Below are positions 12,300-24,504 of a stretch of 64,000 bases of DNA, one piece after another; the first letter of the stretch is position 1; every line of letters starts with the position of its first letter. The notes beneath the pieces were generated by a model. That model did no database searches and was not told the origin of the DNA. It saw only the letters and a program-made list of their open reading frames with translations. Source of the stretch: Anthoceros angustus (Eukaryota > Plantae > Anthocerotophyta); assembly GCA_010909165.1 (NCBI GenBank), contig MU008168.1, positions 1 through 64,000 on the forward strand, in the 5' to 3' direction. The translations under genes and the position numbers were made by a program.

Positions 12300-12650
12300 A
12301 CGCTTCCCTACACACATGCACAAAATGCATTTGCTGAGAGAAAGAACAGGACTTTACAAGAAGCAACTTTATCTAGCTTGTCTGGACTGACGAGAGGTTA
12401 TTGGGCAGAAGCCTTGTGTGCCGCAAATTATGTACAGAACCGCTTACCTACAAAGGAGCTAGGTATGGTGACACCTTATGAGCGATGGACTGGAAAGAAA
12501 CCTCGTGTTTCCCACCTTTGAGTTTTTGGAGCTCCTGCATATTCCCTCATTCCTCCTGCTTTGCGTTCTAAGCTTGACCCCAAGGCAGTTAGACGCATTT
12601 TTGTTGGTTACTCTGACAATGTTAAAGGCTACAAGCTTTTCGATCCTCAC
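12300..12650 (+). mobile_element. Ty1/Copia integrase C-terminal fragment
   Basis: QNAFAERKNRTLQE..YWAEA..ANYVQNRLPT..TPYERWTGKKPRVSHL*VFG..RSKLDPKA..FVGYS..KGYKLFDP, with an internal stop. Confidence 0.9.
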
Positions 12651-12929
12651 ATTACATTTTATGATGAATTAAAATCTAGATTTTATTTTTTATTACTATA
12701 TTTTGTATATGTGTATTTTCATATTATAGAAGTATAGAATTATGCCATATATATTTCATGTATGTATAAATACGGCGTGTAGTATGTACTATGCACATAC
12801 CACATGTCGGCACAAGGCCTTTCCCAAGGGAATCGGAAAGATCGGCAATGCCATTGATGTGCAAACTTATATGCATATCCTCGATTGTACTGCCGCATCT
12901 GGGACTTGGCGCTTGTGTGGAGACATAAT

Positions 12930-13164
12930 TGTCTACATATACATGTGTCTCTACCATAGTTTGTCACAACCTGGGTTCTAAACCTAGGACTAGGCCTCAA
13001 AACTGCGACAAATTTGTTTGTCACGACTTTCATGTTATAGTTTTTATAATGTTTGCTAGGCTCAGGACCCAAGTTGCAACCCATAACAAATCCTCTCAAA
13101 ACGTTATAAATAAGCCCAAAACCGTTATATAACCCATAACATCAACACCATGTTCCTACTAGTG
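12930..13164. mobile_element. Single CACTA-type terminus with subterminal repeats (truncated element)
   Basis: Ends ...CCTACTAGTG at 13164 (reverse complement CACTAGTAGG). TTGTCAC and GTTATA motifs inside; no matching left end found. Confidence 0.55.
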
Positions 13165-13199
13165 AAGCTGTCTTAAAAATTGAGTTTGTCAATGCTCTC

Positions 13200-13530
13200 T
13201 ATAGGGCGATGGGGCGATGGAAACTAGTTGCTGGAAGAAAGCCACCATACAAGAACGAAGGAGACATACCCCGTTCTTGTGAATGTGGTATACCTTAGCA
13301 CAAGCCTTGATAAACCTCGAGAAGTCTTTGCCCATGGTCTCGTGTCAATAGCAAGAGGAATAAAAATATGGCCTTCCTGCATGGGGGTTTACTTGTGACC
13401 TTGGACATAGTGCATCCCTTCAGCGCCCAATCTAGAGGGTGGATGATGACATGCTTGCAGACGGTGTCCTGAGTAGGGTCTGTTACAACCAAATCTAGAA
13501 TAGAGACCTAGTCCCGTTGAGTCAGAACTA
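13200..13530 (-). mobile_element. Possible C-terminal RLE-endonuclease fragment of a CRE/R2-like non-LTR retrotransposon
   Basis: SILDLVVTDP followed, after a frameshift, by FIPLAIDT, resembling the D-V-x-V..P ... F-x-P-L-A-x-E-T-x-G RLE signature. Confidence 0.35.
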
Positions 13531-14348
13531 GGTCAACCTTGAGAAAAATGCCGTTTGGCAAAGTATATTGGCGCTTCCTGAAAGGCAAAGTATATGGGCG
13601 CTTCCTCAAAGAAAAGAATCCGCTCTCCCTGGCAATTGAGAACCTGACGTCTCATGCGTCGTGTGTAGCAATGCGTCGTGTGTAGCAATGCGCTGCCCAC
13701 CAATTGGAAAGCGAGCAAGGGGCGGTACAACCATAGGTCGAGAGAGAACGTTAACAATACCAAAGGCCAAAGGTTGGACCATGCTTAGGCGGAACCTCAT
13801 CACGGTAGAAAAAGAAGCCAGTGCGACTTTAATATGCTTAAGTGAGTTTACATCTTCATTAGATGTGATTTTAACTATAAAACCCTCTTATTAGGGGGCA
13901 CTTGAAGCCACATGACAACACAAGGTTCCATCTACCAGTAGAGCAGACTATACTTACAAGAAAGAACACCATAAATTATGAAGGGGGGGAATATACAAAC
14001 CCCCTTCAAGGGAAAAATAACCCCTTTGACGGAAAAGACACCATCCACAAATTGCGGAAAACGGCTTGTTTCAGAATACAGACACCGTTCGTGTATGCAT
14101 ATCCCTAGCGGAAAACCAAACTGAAAATGGCATCCCCCGCACGAAACCCACATGGCGCCGGCTGGCCGGCGCCACTGCTTACTACAAAAAGAGCACAGTG
14201 TAACAACAAAATTTGAGAAAAGACCCATTGTTAATTTTAAGAGGGGTCGAAAACATCCGGAACATGCGGGTTCTCTCGTAGAAGCAAATCTGGCAAAACT
14301 AAACACCAACACCCGCTAACTGCATAGGCAGATTTTGCTAATCAGCGT

Positions 14349-16950
14349 CTACAGTGTTCTATCGCGAGGGATTGTTTGAGAGTCCACCATTGCATCCACC
14401 GGAACTGAATCTTCTACAAGTGCCAAATTCCGCATGCGCTCCATCTCCTGTGCGTCAAAGCTATCATTCGCACCCAACGCCTCCTGGTCTTCATTGATGT
14501 CATTTTGGGTGTCGTCGATGGTCGGGGTCGCCTGCCATACAGCATCCAAAGTCTGCTGTCCATCCTCCATAAGTTCGCCGGTTGTCGTCTTCAACCTCTT
14601 CGCACTCAATGCGACGACTGGGCTTTCAAGCTCTTTCTCGCTAATACATACCTCTTTGCCCAAGGATGGTCCCTTCGTGCGGCTCAAAAGTCGCCTCGCG
14701 CACGGGCAAGACATCAACGCTGCAGGCGCTGGGCAATGTAACTGCGCATCTCAAGTCCGCCTATTGCAATACAGTTGCGGCCACGAACGCAATAGTGTCG
14801 TAGTCCCACCGCTCGAGCATGCGCCAATAACCCGCCTCCTCCTTGGAGAATGTCCTCACGAGTTTCATCATAAGACCCAATGGTCTCGGTATGGGCACAC
14901 TACCAACTTGTCATGAGACAGTAAACCTGCTTTGCTTGAGAGGGTGTCCACGATCTTCCATTGTTGAAGGTCCGTGCATCACATTTGGCATCATGGCACG
15001 TCCTTGAACATCCATCTTTCACACCCCATCCAACGTAACGTATTCCACAGTCTCAAATCCTCCTATGTCGTTGTTCATGTTAGTCTTATCCCAAATGAAT
15101 GACACCAAGCCGCCTTTGGCACACCACTTTCGTAGCCTCCCTTACCGTATGGGCTTCTTCAACACCATGCATGGCGATAATTCGGAGTCGTCATTTTCCG
15201 CTTTCTCCGAAACTTTGGAACCTGACACCATCATGGATAAATCCATTCGTTTGTCCATTGGCCCGATGTCAAATCCACGGGAACATCCATGACCGAAGGG
15301 TGTATTTCCTTCCCTCGAAACCACGCATGTCCGAGCGTTGCGGGCTTCCACAATCTTGGACTGTTTCTCGATCGACGGAACATTGAATATCTGGAGTCCT
15401 TCTTGCAAGTCCTTATCCGCCAAAGCCCGCTGCTCATTCTCTAAGCCCTTCCAATTATTGATCTCGAAAATGAAATGACGGAAGTCATCGGGCAGCTTTG
15501 TCAAGACCTCCACGTCCTTCAGTTGCTGCCAGAAACCAAACAACCTGTTAGAATGCGAAGCCAGGCTCAAGCACCTCACAACTAATAAGCAGTGGAGGGG
15601 GGCGGAAGAGTACAAGTGGTGGGAAGAATTCTGGGTTGACACCGAGATTCTATTGTCGAAACCACATCGGCCTTGTTCGGACCGTCCTTGGAAATGGTTC
15701 TCCCGTCAAGAGGAAGAGGCAGTGCCTTCATGTACTGATGAAGCTTTGCTAGAGGAAGCAGCATTGAGGAGCTTCCCCAGCGAGATATGTACAGGAGCAT
15801 ATCAAAACATTGGAAGGCGGCGTGAAATGGCGCGGTTGAATGGCGATATTGCGAGAGATCAAGAAGGGAATGTTCCTCGCAGCGCCATGCACCGACATAC
15901 ACAATGCATCTTCCGGATTGGGAAAGTAGCAGACGTGAGGTTGGATGCACCACAACCTCACTTTCTTATCCAATCGGTATCGGACGGATCATACAGATCG
16001 TCTGGCGGTATGTAGAGGAATATATACTACGAGAAGCCGCAAACAAGATGGACGGGCACTGGGGAAAAAGGGGAATAAGTTATTTTATCCCAAAAACATA
16101 CAGGAGGTCTATGTCAATGATACAGTCATCCTTTACTACGGTTTTATGTTGAATGCACGGAAACATTTGTATGCGGTGGACAAAAAGGCGATCAGGGGCA
16201 AATTGAGCGAATTGCGTGGATTCATACAACCAGCCAGTCAAAGTGTGGCAGAGGATAGCGATGACAATAATGGGGACGCTGGGCCAAGCGATGACGAAGG
16301 CGTGAACTCAGGGGACGAATAGCCATTGACCGTAGGACGACCAGCCTGAACCATTCTCATTAGGGGTTGTATGGATGTGGCTCCCCACTTCACGTGTCCA
16401 TTACGCCCATCCTTTCCAACTTAATCGCGATGGAAGGTGGGCGCGGTGGCGGCCCCCATTCTCGTGTTCGTAAGTGCATAACTTTATCTCAAATTGAAGT
16501 AGCTGCAATGACGATTGCAGCTATGCACTGTGATGGTATTGGGTCCCCTGTGTCACGCGAGTATTGATGGACTGTGTCACGCGAATATGGTGCGTGTGAT
16601 CAGCGGTTTGGGGGTAGTTGTGTCCAACACCACGGCATGCAACATGACCCCCCTACTGCAAGGTTCTGTTCTATGCCATTCCAAAGGAAGTGGTGACCAT
16701 GCGTATATCAAACATGTGGAATGTGTCCTTGTGGACAATGGCGAGGGGCGCGCCCCGCCCGCCCACTCGTGGAACATGCCACGCCGCACCACATCCACCT
16801 GTTCAAATTCATTCTGAAGGAACTGGTGCCCAAGTGGATAGCAAACATGTTCCATGTGACCTTCCACACAATGGTGAGGCAAGGGAGGGGGCGCCTTGCC
16901 TCACCACTGTGTTCCGAAAATAGGCGAAGGATCACACATTACACCTGAAT
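14349..16950. other. Unidentified degenerate coding remnants on both strands, probably from a DNA transposon
   Basis: Protein-like frameshifted segments. Minus strand: Cys-rich region (~14700-14800), FRHFIFEINNW, SAP-like LHQYMKAL..GPNKADVVSTI, IVHKDTFHMF. Plus strand: FRIGKVADV..ILYYGFML (~15900-16322). Confidence 0.3.
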
Positions 16951-17710
16951 GGGAAACAAAATTTTCTTCCCATAAATATGTTGATGGTTTGAACGTGTCC
17001 GCGAAATTGCATAACCCTTCCATAGTGGCGTTGATTCGCGATTTACGCTTGCATTGTGGCGGCATACGGGGTGTGCATAGTGGGTCTTGTTTTGGCCGAA
17101 ACAAGACGTTAAGGGAAGAGGGTCACCCTTCGGCAGTCATATGAACCAACGGAAAACTCGTATGATCCAAGAGCCGGACCCTTTTTTCCGGTATGGTTTC
17201 CTAATAATAGCTGAACCCTCAGCTTTTAGACCCATCACCAACCCTCTTCAGCGGTTATTCACAAAAAACCCCCATCGAGGATATTCCCCCCCTTCAAAAT
17301 TTATGGTGTTAAAGTCAATTCATAGCTCGTGTCTTCAAGTCTCCCCAAGGTGTCTAATGGTATGTGGCTTCACCCTGTCTTTACTTATTTTAATAAAGTG
17401 TTAAGTTATATATTTTATTATCAAATTTTTATACCTTTTATATTTCTTAAAAATTTATAATCTCTATTGAATACAAAGCAATAGATAGCTGAAGTATATA
17501 TGAGAGCCCATCTATGGTGTTCTATGATGTTTGAAGTATATATGAGATCCAAACTATAGTGTTCTATAAGGTTTTTTGGTGACATGTAGTGCACACCTAG
17601 TTTAAACGGATACTTTTAAAGGGGTATTTTATTGTATTCGCTCCAAAGATGAATGAGCCCATAGCATAGTCAATGGATGTTTGAATAGAAAAAGTTAGAA
17701 AAAACAAAAA

Positions 17711-17919
17711 TCTACTAGTATAAGCAATATCAAAGTATCTATAGATTTGTTAAGGAGCGATATTACTACTTAAACCTACAATGATTACTAGAAATGCTTG
17801 CCCCACAATCTTAATCTACTTGTACCAGCAATATCAAAGCCTTCGATAGATTTGTCTAGGATCGATATACCTACTCAAACCTACAATGATGACAAAAAAA
17901 TGCTTGCTCCACAATCTTA
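17711..17919. repeat. ~104-bp diverged tandem duplication in AT-rich intergenic DNA
   Basis: TCTACT..AGCAATATCAAAG..AAACCTACAATGAT..AAATGCTTGC..CCACAATCTTA occurs twice. Confidence 0.7.
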
Positions 17920-18341
17920 GTGGTATTGTAAGTCTTTTCATCTTCCTGAAGATAAGATTTGAATATAAGATCGTATGCGTGATAGGCAAATTCACTCAAG
18001 TGGATCTATATCATAGGATTTAACTTCATCATGACGGTTTTTATAGTGGATTCCGATACATTATATAGATATTGAAGTCCCGCACTGGGATTTTGATGGG
18101 TTTCTCCCAAAGTTGTTATCCTCTTTCTATAAAATAAAACAAATGCTTAGTATATTTATTATGAATATATCAGATATCTTTAAAATTTATTATAAACTTA
18201 CACATGAATAAGTACAGTATCAATTTTCAATAATACTATGAAGTGATAATAGAATAATAATCTAATTTAAATTTCAGAAATAAATTCTTCTTCTTATTCC
18301 GATGGTCTTGAGGACAGCAATATCGGTTAAGAAAAGACAGG

Positions 18342-18364
18342 AAACCCTAAATCGACGTGGGACC
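18342..18364 (+). promoter_or_regulatory. Telo-box (AAACCCTAA) plus TCP/site II-like GTGGGACC upstream of eIF5A
   Basis: AAACCCTAA at 18342-18350 and GTGGGACC at 18357-18364. This pairing is typical of plant translation-machinery promoters. Confidence 0.55.
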
Positions 18365-18718
18365 GCATCAAAAAAAATCTACAGGAACGGACGAAATGGT
18401 GTGCCCTAACAGGAGGAGAGCGGGATCACCGTTCGATAAAGGATCGGACGGTTGGCAGGTGGCCGCCGAGCAAGCAAACCCTGTGGTTGCCCGGCGGGTT
18501 ATACATATTCAAGGGTAGGGACAAGGGTGCAGGGCACAAACCCTTACGGGAGCCTGGTCTACCTATCGGCCTGTGTCGGCCTCTTCTTCACTCCCCTCCC
18601 TCCGCTTTCTCTCTTGCGGCGGTGCGTTTGCAGCTCGGGAGCTCGGCAGCGGCAGCGCGGCGCGGGAGGGCAAGGCGGGGCGGAGCGGAGCGGACCAGGT
18701 CATTCCCGGCCGGCCACC

Positions 18719-19568
18719 ATGTCGGATGACGATCACCACTTCGACTCCAAGGCCGATGCTGGCGCCTCTAAGACCTACCCCCAGCAGGCCGGCACAATTC
18801 GCAAGAACGCTTACATTGTGATCAAGCAGCGTCCCTGCAAGGTAGGTTTTGCGCTGGATTGCTTCTGCCGTTCTTCAAAATCACTGATCACTTGGTGCCG
18901 GTGTCACCTGACGCGAGTTGGTTGCTGCATGGACGTAGGTTGTGGAAGTTTCCACCTCCAAGACCGGCAAGCATGGCCACGCCAAGTGCCACTTTGTCGG
19001 TATTGACATCTTCACCGGGAAGAAACTGGAGGATATCGTCCCCTCCTCTCACAATTGTGATGTAAGTAGGTTACTAAGAGCTTGTATGCGGTGGCTGGTG
19101 CTGTGACCACAGCTGTTTGAGCGACCGACGTGATGCCGCTCTGACGGTTTTGCAGGTTCCCGAGGTGGTCCGCACTGATTACCAGCTTATTGACATCTCA
19201 GAGGATGGCTTTGTGAGTTCCTGCCGTCCCTTTGGTGCCGCATGTATTCTTTTACCTCTGCGCTTTTTGCTTATGATGTGCCGATTGTTGGATCTCAGGT
19301 GAGTCTCCTTACTGAGAACGGCGAGACCAAGGATGACCTGCGCCTGCCAACCGATGACCAGCTCCTCACGCAAGTGAGTACGCCAACCCTGTGTTCTCTT
19401 TCTTAATACTGGTCATATGTTGATCTGTCGTTGAAGCTGACGCGTTCTGCTCGGTAACTTCAGATCAAGGACGGATTTGGTGAAGGAAAAGACCTTGTGG
19501 TGACCGTGATGTCCGCTATGGGCGAGGAGCAGATCTGTGCCTTGAAGGATATTGGCCCGAAGAACTAG
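18719..19568 (+). CDS. eIF5A: Eukaryotic translation initiation factor 5A, 160 aa; exons 18719-18841, 18939-19061, 19156-19212, 19299-19373, 19464-19568
   Basis: [25 protein letters not shown]..; hypusine site [12 protein letters not shown]; ends ALKDIGPKN*. All introns GT-AG and in phase. Confidence 0.98.
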
Positions 19569-20411
19569 GGTGGGGCCCTGTAGTTGGCCGTGCCTGGGAT
19601 AAGGAGTTGGCTGTACCCGTGATGCCTGTGGATGCAAAAGATTATGCAAGTAGCATTCTTGTGTACCAGATTCTCCCGGAGGTGGGCCGGTTTTCATGGC
19701 GCTGAGGAAGGGAAGGGAAAACACCTTGGCTCTGAAGTTCGGCTTCATGTGTGCGGAAGGCAGAGTGGCCGGGGTGGCTGGACCTGCTCACCACAGACTC
19801 TTGAGGTGAAGCCAGGTTTGGCTCTCTTGCCCGAAAGTAGTGAGTTACAGCGGACACCTTGGGTGTAAAAGGTCTTGGGGCGCCCTTGAAGATTCGGGAG
19901 ACGCTGTGTTAATTATGCCTCAGCAGCTCTGGGATAGGGTCTATCTGCTACCTAGTAGTATGTGCAGAGGTCGATTTTCGACTCTTAGATTTTTGTGGAG
20001 GATTGTGAAGAGTACGCTGGCGGTTGAGCAATAAATAGCTTGGTAGGTTTTGATCTTTGCATCGTTGGTATCGACATGGCATTCGGTTGTCCTGGATGAC
20101 TTCTCTCTAGTCTAAAATTTATGAACAGTGCTCCTGCGCCCTTTGGCTCACTTCTGCCTCGTCGTCGTCGGTGATACAATCCCTGTAATAAGCCCTTGGA
20201 ACGGAGTTGTGGACCACTTGACGCACCCGGATGAGGCAAGCAGGCATGATCGGGGCCGTGAGACCTGCGGAAAGTCCTGGTGGCCAGCTGGGAGGCGCCA
20301 GTGTGCGCAGACGTGCGGACCCACCGCGGACGACCGGTCGCCGATCACGGTCGCCGGCGCCATGTGCCATTGCCGAGGCACAGAGGGCAGTATATTGACA
20401 GGCAAGCCACA

Positions 20412-20449
<38 letters not shown>
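20412..20449 (+). repeat. (CCAG)9 microsatellite upstream of the remorin gene
   Basis: Perfect tetranucleotide run. Confidence 0.95.
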
Positions 20450-20969
20450 TGCCTTCTGCCCAGGCAGCCTTTGTTGCGTAGCGTGCTCATGCCTTCGCTT
20501 TTATAGCTTCCACGAGCACATACTGCCCGTTTCCACCAGCCTCCCGCTGAGACGAATTCCCTGGCGTCCCATTCCTTTCCGCCGCCTCTGATTTCTTCAG
20601 GTAGCTACTACTGCCGCCACCTCCACCTGGTGTCATTCTTAGTGGGCACTGGCTGTCATTGTTGTCTGGAATACTGCACGTATCTCTGTGTTGTGGGTTG
20701 TTTAGAGAGAAATGCTGCGTTCTTGACTCAGTCTGGTGACATCATCCCAAGCCAAGCAGATTCTTGGGATTCTTGGAGTCCCAGGCCAGCATGGAGCTGG
20801 CTGCCTCCCTGACGAATCTTTGTGATGTCGCTTTGTTTGCTGGGGTCCTTTGTTGTAGTGCTTGTCGCTCGGGATCTGTCGCGGAGAAGGTGCTGCCAGT
20901 GCCTGCCACTCCTAATGCCTGGCCTGTCTTTCTTTCAGACCAGGAATTGGAATCTACGCGGCTTTCATC

Positions 20970-21801
20970 ATGCCAGAGGAAACAGCAGCCGCCGCCGCCC
21001 CTGCCCCTGCCTCTGCCCCAGCAGCAGTAGAGGCTCCTCCGGCTCCGGCTCCGCCTCCAACTGCAGCTGCAGTGCCGCCGGAGGCCGAGAAACCGAAGGA
21101 GGAGCCTCCTAAAGCGAAGGAAGTGGAGGCTCCGACAACTGCGCCGGAGGCTGCCAAATCCAAGGAGGAAGTTCCGGCTGCATCCTCGCCGGCCAAAGAA
21201 GTGCTCCCGCCATCCACCGTGAAGGAAGAGGCTGGTGCCAAAGCGAGGGAGGCTGCCGTGGACAAGTTGAAAAAGGACAAGACCTTTGCGCACATCAAGG
21301 CTTGGGAGGAGGAGGCCAAGGCCAAGGCGACCAACAGGTGAGTGCTAGCTGAAGCCACTCCTCCTTGCGACGCGTGCTACGGGAATTTCTGATTGCTGAA
21401 AGACGAGGCTCCCGTTATGCTGTGCAGGGCCAAGGCACTGGAGGAAAAGATTGAGGCCAAGGAGAACGCCAAGAAAGCCACTGCCGAGGCCAAACTGAAG
21501 AAGGCAGAGGCAAGCCTGGGTGATCGGATCCTGGTTTCTGACCGGTTTTTTGTCATTCTGCGTGAGTTCTTGATTGCTAATCTGGCTTGGTTTGTTTTGC
21601 GCTTTGCAGGAAGCTTTGGAGAAGAAGAGAGCCAAGTTGGCAGAGGATATGAAGAACAAGGTTGCACACTACCACAGGACGGCTGTGGAAGAGAAAGCTA
21701 ATGTAGAAGCCAAAAAGCAACAGGCCATCGTCCTGATTGATGAAAAAGCCGAAAAGCTGCGCGTTCAAGGAAACGTGCCAAAGAAATTTGGCTGCTTCTA
21801 G
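20970..21801 (+). CDS. REM: Remorin (group 1-like); exons 20970-21337, 21428-21509, 21610-21801
   Basis: Pro/Ala/Glu-rich N-terminus; IKAWEEEAKAKA, LEKKRAKLAEDMKNKVA coiled coil; C-terminal anchor KKFGCF*. Intron 2 has a GC donor. Confidence 0.92.
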
Positions 21802-22659
21802 ACGTTCTCTTGAACCCGCCTGTAACTTAGTGTACTCTCTGCCTTGTAGTCCTGTCATTCTTTTGTATATGGAGATTGTTTGTCCAGCAATTCAATTTCA
21901 GTCTCCTCGTCACCTTCCCCCGTGCTTGAATGTGATGCAATGCGACCCACATGCCAACCGTGCGGAAAGTGCAAAGCTTGGGCATCCAGAACAGCTAGAT
22001 TTTGAGCATGTCGCTGGCATGTCCTGGAAAATCGGAAGTCCGTGCGTACCGGACGTGAATGAAATTCCTCTTTTCTTTCTTGCTTGCTGCGGGCTGCGGT
22101 TGAAATGGTAAATTTTTTGGAATATTCACTTCCAGTAAATTACTGTGAGATTCTGGTTCGAGGTGGCCTAACCTCCGGTTTACTCCAGTTCGAGAACAAG
22201 TGGCCCCTGCTGTACCAGGCTTCCTCTGGTCACTGTCCTGTTGCTGGAAGATGGACGAGAAATCAATGAATGCCAGCATGCTATAGCTCCCTCACACCAA
22301 CGCAGCATCAAGAGCCGAGGGAGCGTTCCTGTCCTCCGCCCAAATCCGCCCCCCTCCCGTGACCTCGTCCTCCTCGTGGTGCGCAACATCGCCTATTTTC
22401 ACTTTTGTGGGCACTGGCAGACAGCGGAGCGGCGAATAGGGCTTCCGTCAGTAGCAGGTTTGTTATTGCAGCTTCGTGAGCGTATGGCTTTCATCGCCAT
22501 GGCATTGTTTCCAGCTGTCCACTGTGCTTTGGAGTGTGAGACTGAATTTTTTGAGGAGGCGCTGCAACCGATGTGCAGGAGCTGCGAAAGGTGCTCGGAA
22601 CTGAGCCAGGAGCTGAAACAGTGTCACATTGCTGGCAAGAGAGAAGACGCGCAAGGAGG

Positions 22660-23896
22660 ATGGGGCTTATAATATCCCTCATTTCTACCGTGAATTCTTA
22701 TGCCGGGTGAGTGTGGTCTACGCTCTCTGTTCCGTGGTGGTGATGGCGGAAGGGGTGCCGAGACTGTCTTGGATAAAGAGGCCTATGCTTAGTCCGTTTA
22801 GCTTGCCGGCAATTGCACGCGATATGATGTGTTTGCGTAGATGTAATGTAGTCTGGCAGCTTGGCATAGTAGGGCAAGATGCCTTCTGGGTGGCCGTGTT
22901 GTGGAGGCAAACAAGCTGTGTGCCATAGGCTGGAATGCTTTTTAACACTCTGGTGCTACGGCCGGCTGATATCCGCTTGTTTGTGTGCAGGCCGCTTGTG
23001 ATGCTTCTGTACCCACTGTAAGTAGAGGAGTAGGAAGTTCTGGCTTGCAATGACCTGTTGCTTCTGTTGAGCGGATTTTAGGCAGACTCCGTCACGCTTC
23101 GAGGTTTTCTCTTGCTGAAGGTACGCATCCATTTTGGCCATTGAGAGCCCCCTAAAAGAGGATGACCAGCAGTGGCTGACGTACTGGGTGCTCTACTCCT
23201 TGACTGCGCTATTCGAGCTTGGAGCAGGGCCGATTCTGGAGTGGTACGCAAGTTTGAAGTACTCAAATCTCCCTACCCAGAAACCTGAAACACGTTTCAC
23301 GTTGTTGAGCTTCATGTTCGTGTTCTTGCAGGATACCCTTCTGGACCACGTTGAAATTGATTGGGGCATGTTGGTTGGTGCTCCCGCAATTTCATGGTGC
23401 GGGTCTCCTCTACGAATTGTATGTCAGACCCTTTTTCTACCAACACCAAGGGGAGCTGCGGAAGGTTGACACATATTTCAGCGTGGGAAACCGTCGTCTT
23501 GTGCAAGCAATGGGAGACGATGCCCGCAACACTGCAGCCCAGTTCATCAACCAGAATGGTCACGAGGCATTTGAGAGGATCATCGCTGCAGTAAGTTGAA
23601 CTACCTTACGCCACCGCGTGCATATCTGTCGAAAGAGGACTACTAGCCATAAAGTTTCTTGCTAGCAGCAAGCGTTGTCGAGTCTGGTAGAGGTTAATCA
23701 AAAGAATCTCAGAAGAATCAACTCGCTAAGAAAAAGGACATCTGTGGATCTGTCTTCTTGGGTGCAGGCATGCCGAGAAGCTACGAAAGGCAAATCACCT
23801 GAGAGATCCCCTGAAGTCAAGGAGAAGAAGTCCCACTTTTGGTCGCATTCACCGGACAAGGAGAAAAGATCTCACACTGTTTGGGGATATTCATGA
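22660..23896 (+). CDS. HVA22: HVA22/TB2-DP1 (REEP) family protein; exons 22660-22706, 22991-23017, 23121-23243, 23332-23590, 23768-23896
   Basis: [63 protein letters not shown]. Intron phases are consistent. Confidence 0.93.
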
Positions 23897-24504
23897 ACAG
23901 CAGGTACCTTACCATACAATTTTGAATATCAGACATCGAATTTTGAAAGCAGATGAAAAAGGGGAACCCTAGTATATTTATGATGTAGTTCTATCTTCCT
24001 CCAGAAATCATCATGTCGATTTTGTGTACAAATATCTGCACGCTAAGTAGTGAAGTGAAATTTGCGTCAGTACGACTTTTTTCTTCGTGCTAGCACATTT
24101 CCCAGTTTTAGGATGGAAAAAATTGTAACTGTTTATATTAACAGGGTGGTATAGAACAGATCTTTTTTTGTATAAGGAGTAGAAGTTATTGCACGCAGTG
24201 CACTGCCAAATCGCAGCACCCCAACTGGGACCTTCCTGTCGCAGTACTTCAAGTGAATGGAGACGAAACATATGGATGAAAAGTGAAATACATTTCCTCA
24301 TCACACTGTATCAAGCAGCTCTACTCCTTCCCGACCGTCTCACCAACGCTGCAACATCAAGCACAAAACAGGGGAGTCATGACGCAATGAGAGTTGAGCA
24401 CAAGTAGGTAGTTCGAAACCGGATTGCCAAAGGTGAAATCAAACCAGGTGACAGCGGCTGCATTTGGATGCTCGTTGGCGGGTCCAGTTCCTCCAGAGAA
24501 GTTC

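Noticed and set aside
17378-17600. Possible Helitron (TC start, CTAG end)
   Set aside because: No convincing GC-rich 3' hairpin; motifs are too short in AT-rich DNA.
18452-19006. 184-aa ORF as an N-terminally extended eIF5A
   Set aside because: Non-ATG start and read-through into intron 1; the spliced 160-aa model from 18719 matches the family.
22494-22545. Upstream ATG (MAFIAMALF) as HVA22 start
   Set aside because: Weak donor; ATG 22660 with a GG|GTGAGT donor gives the family-typical AG|P junction.
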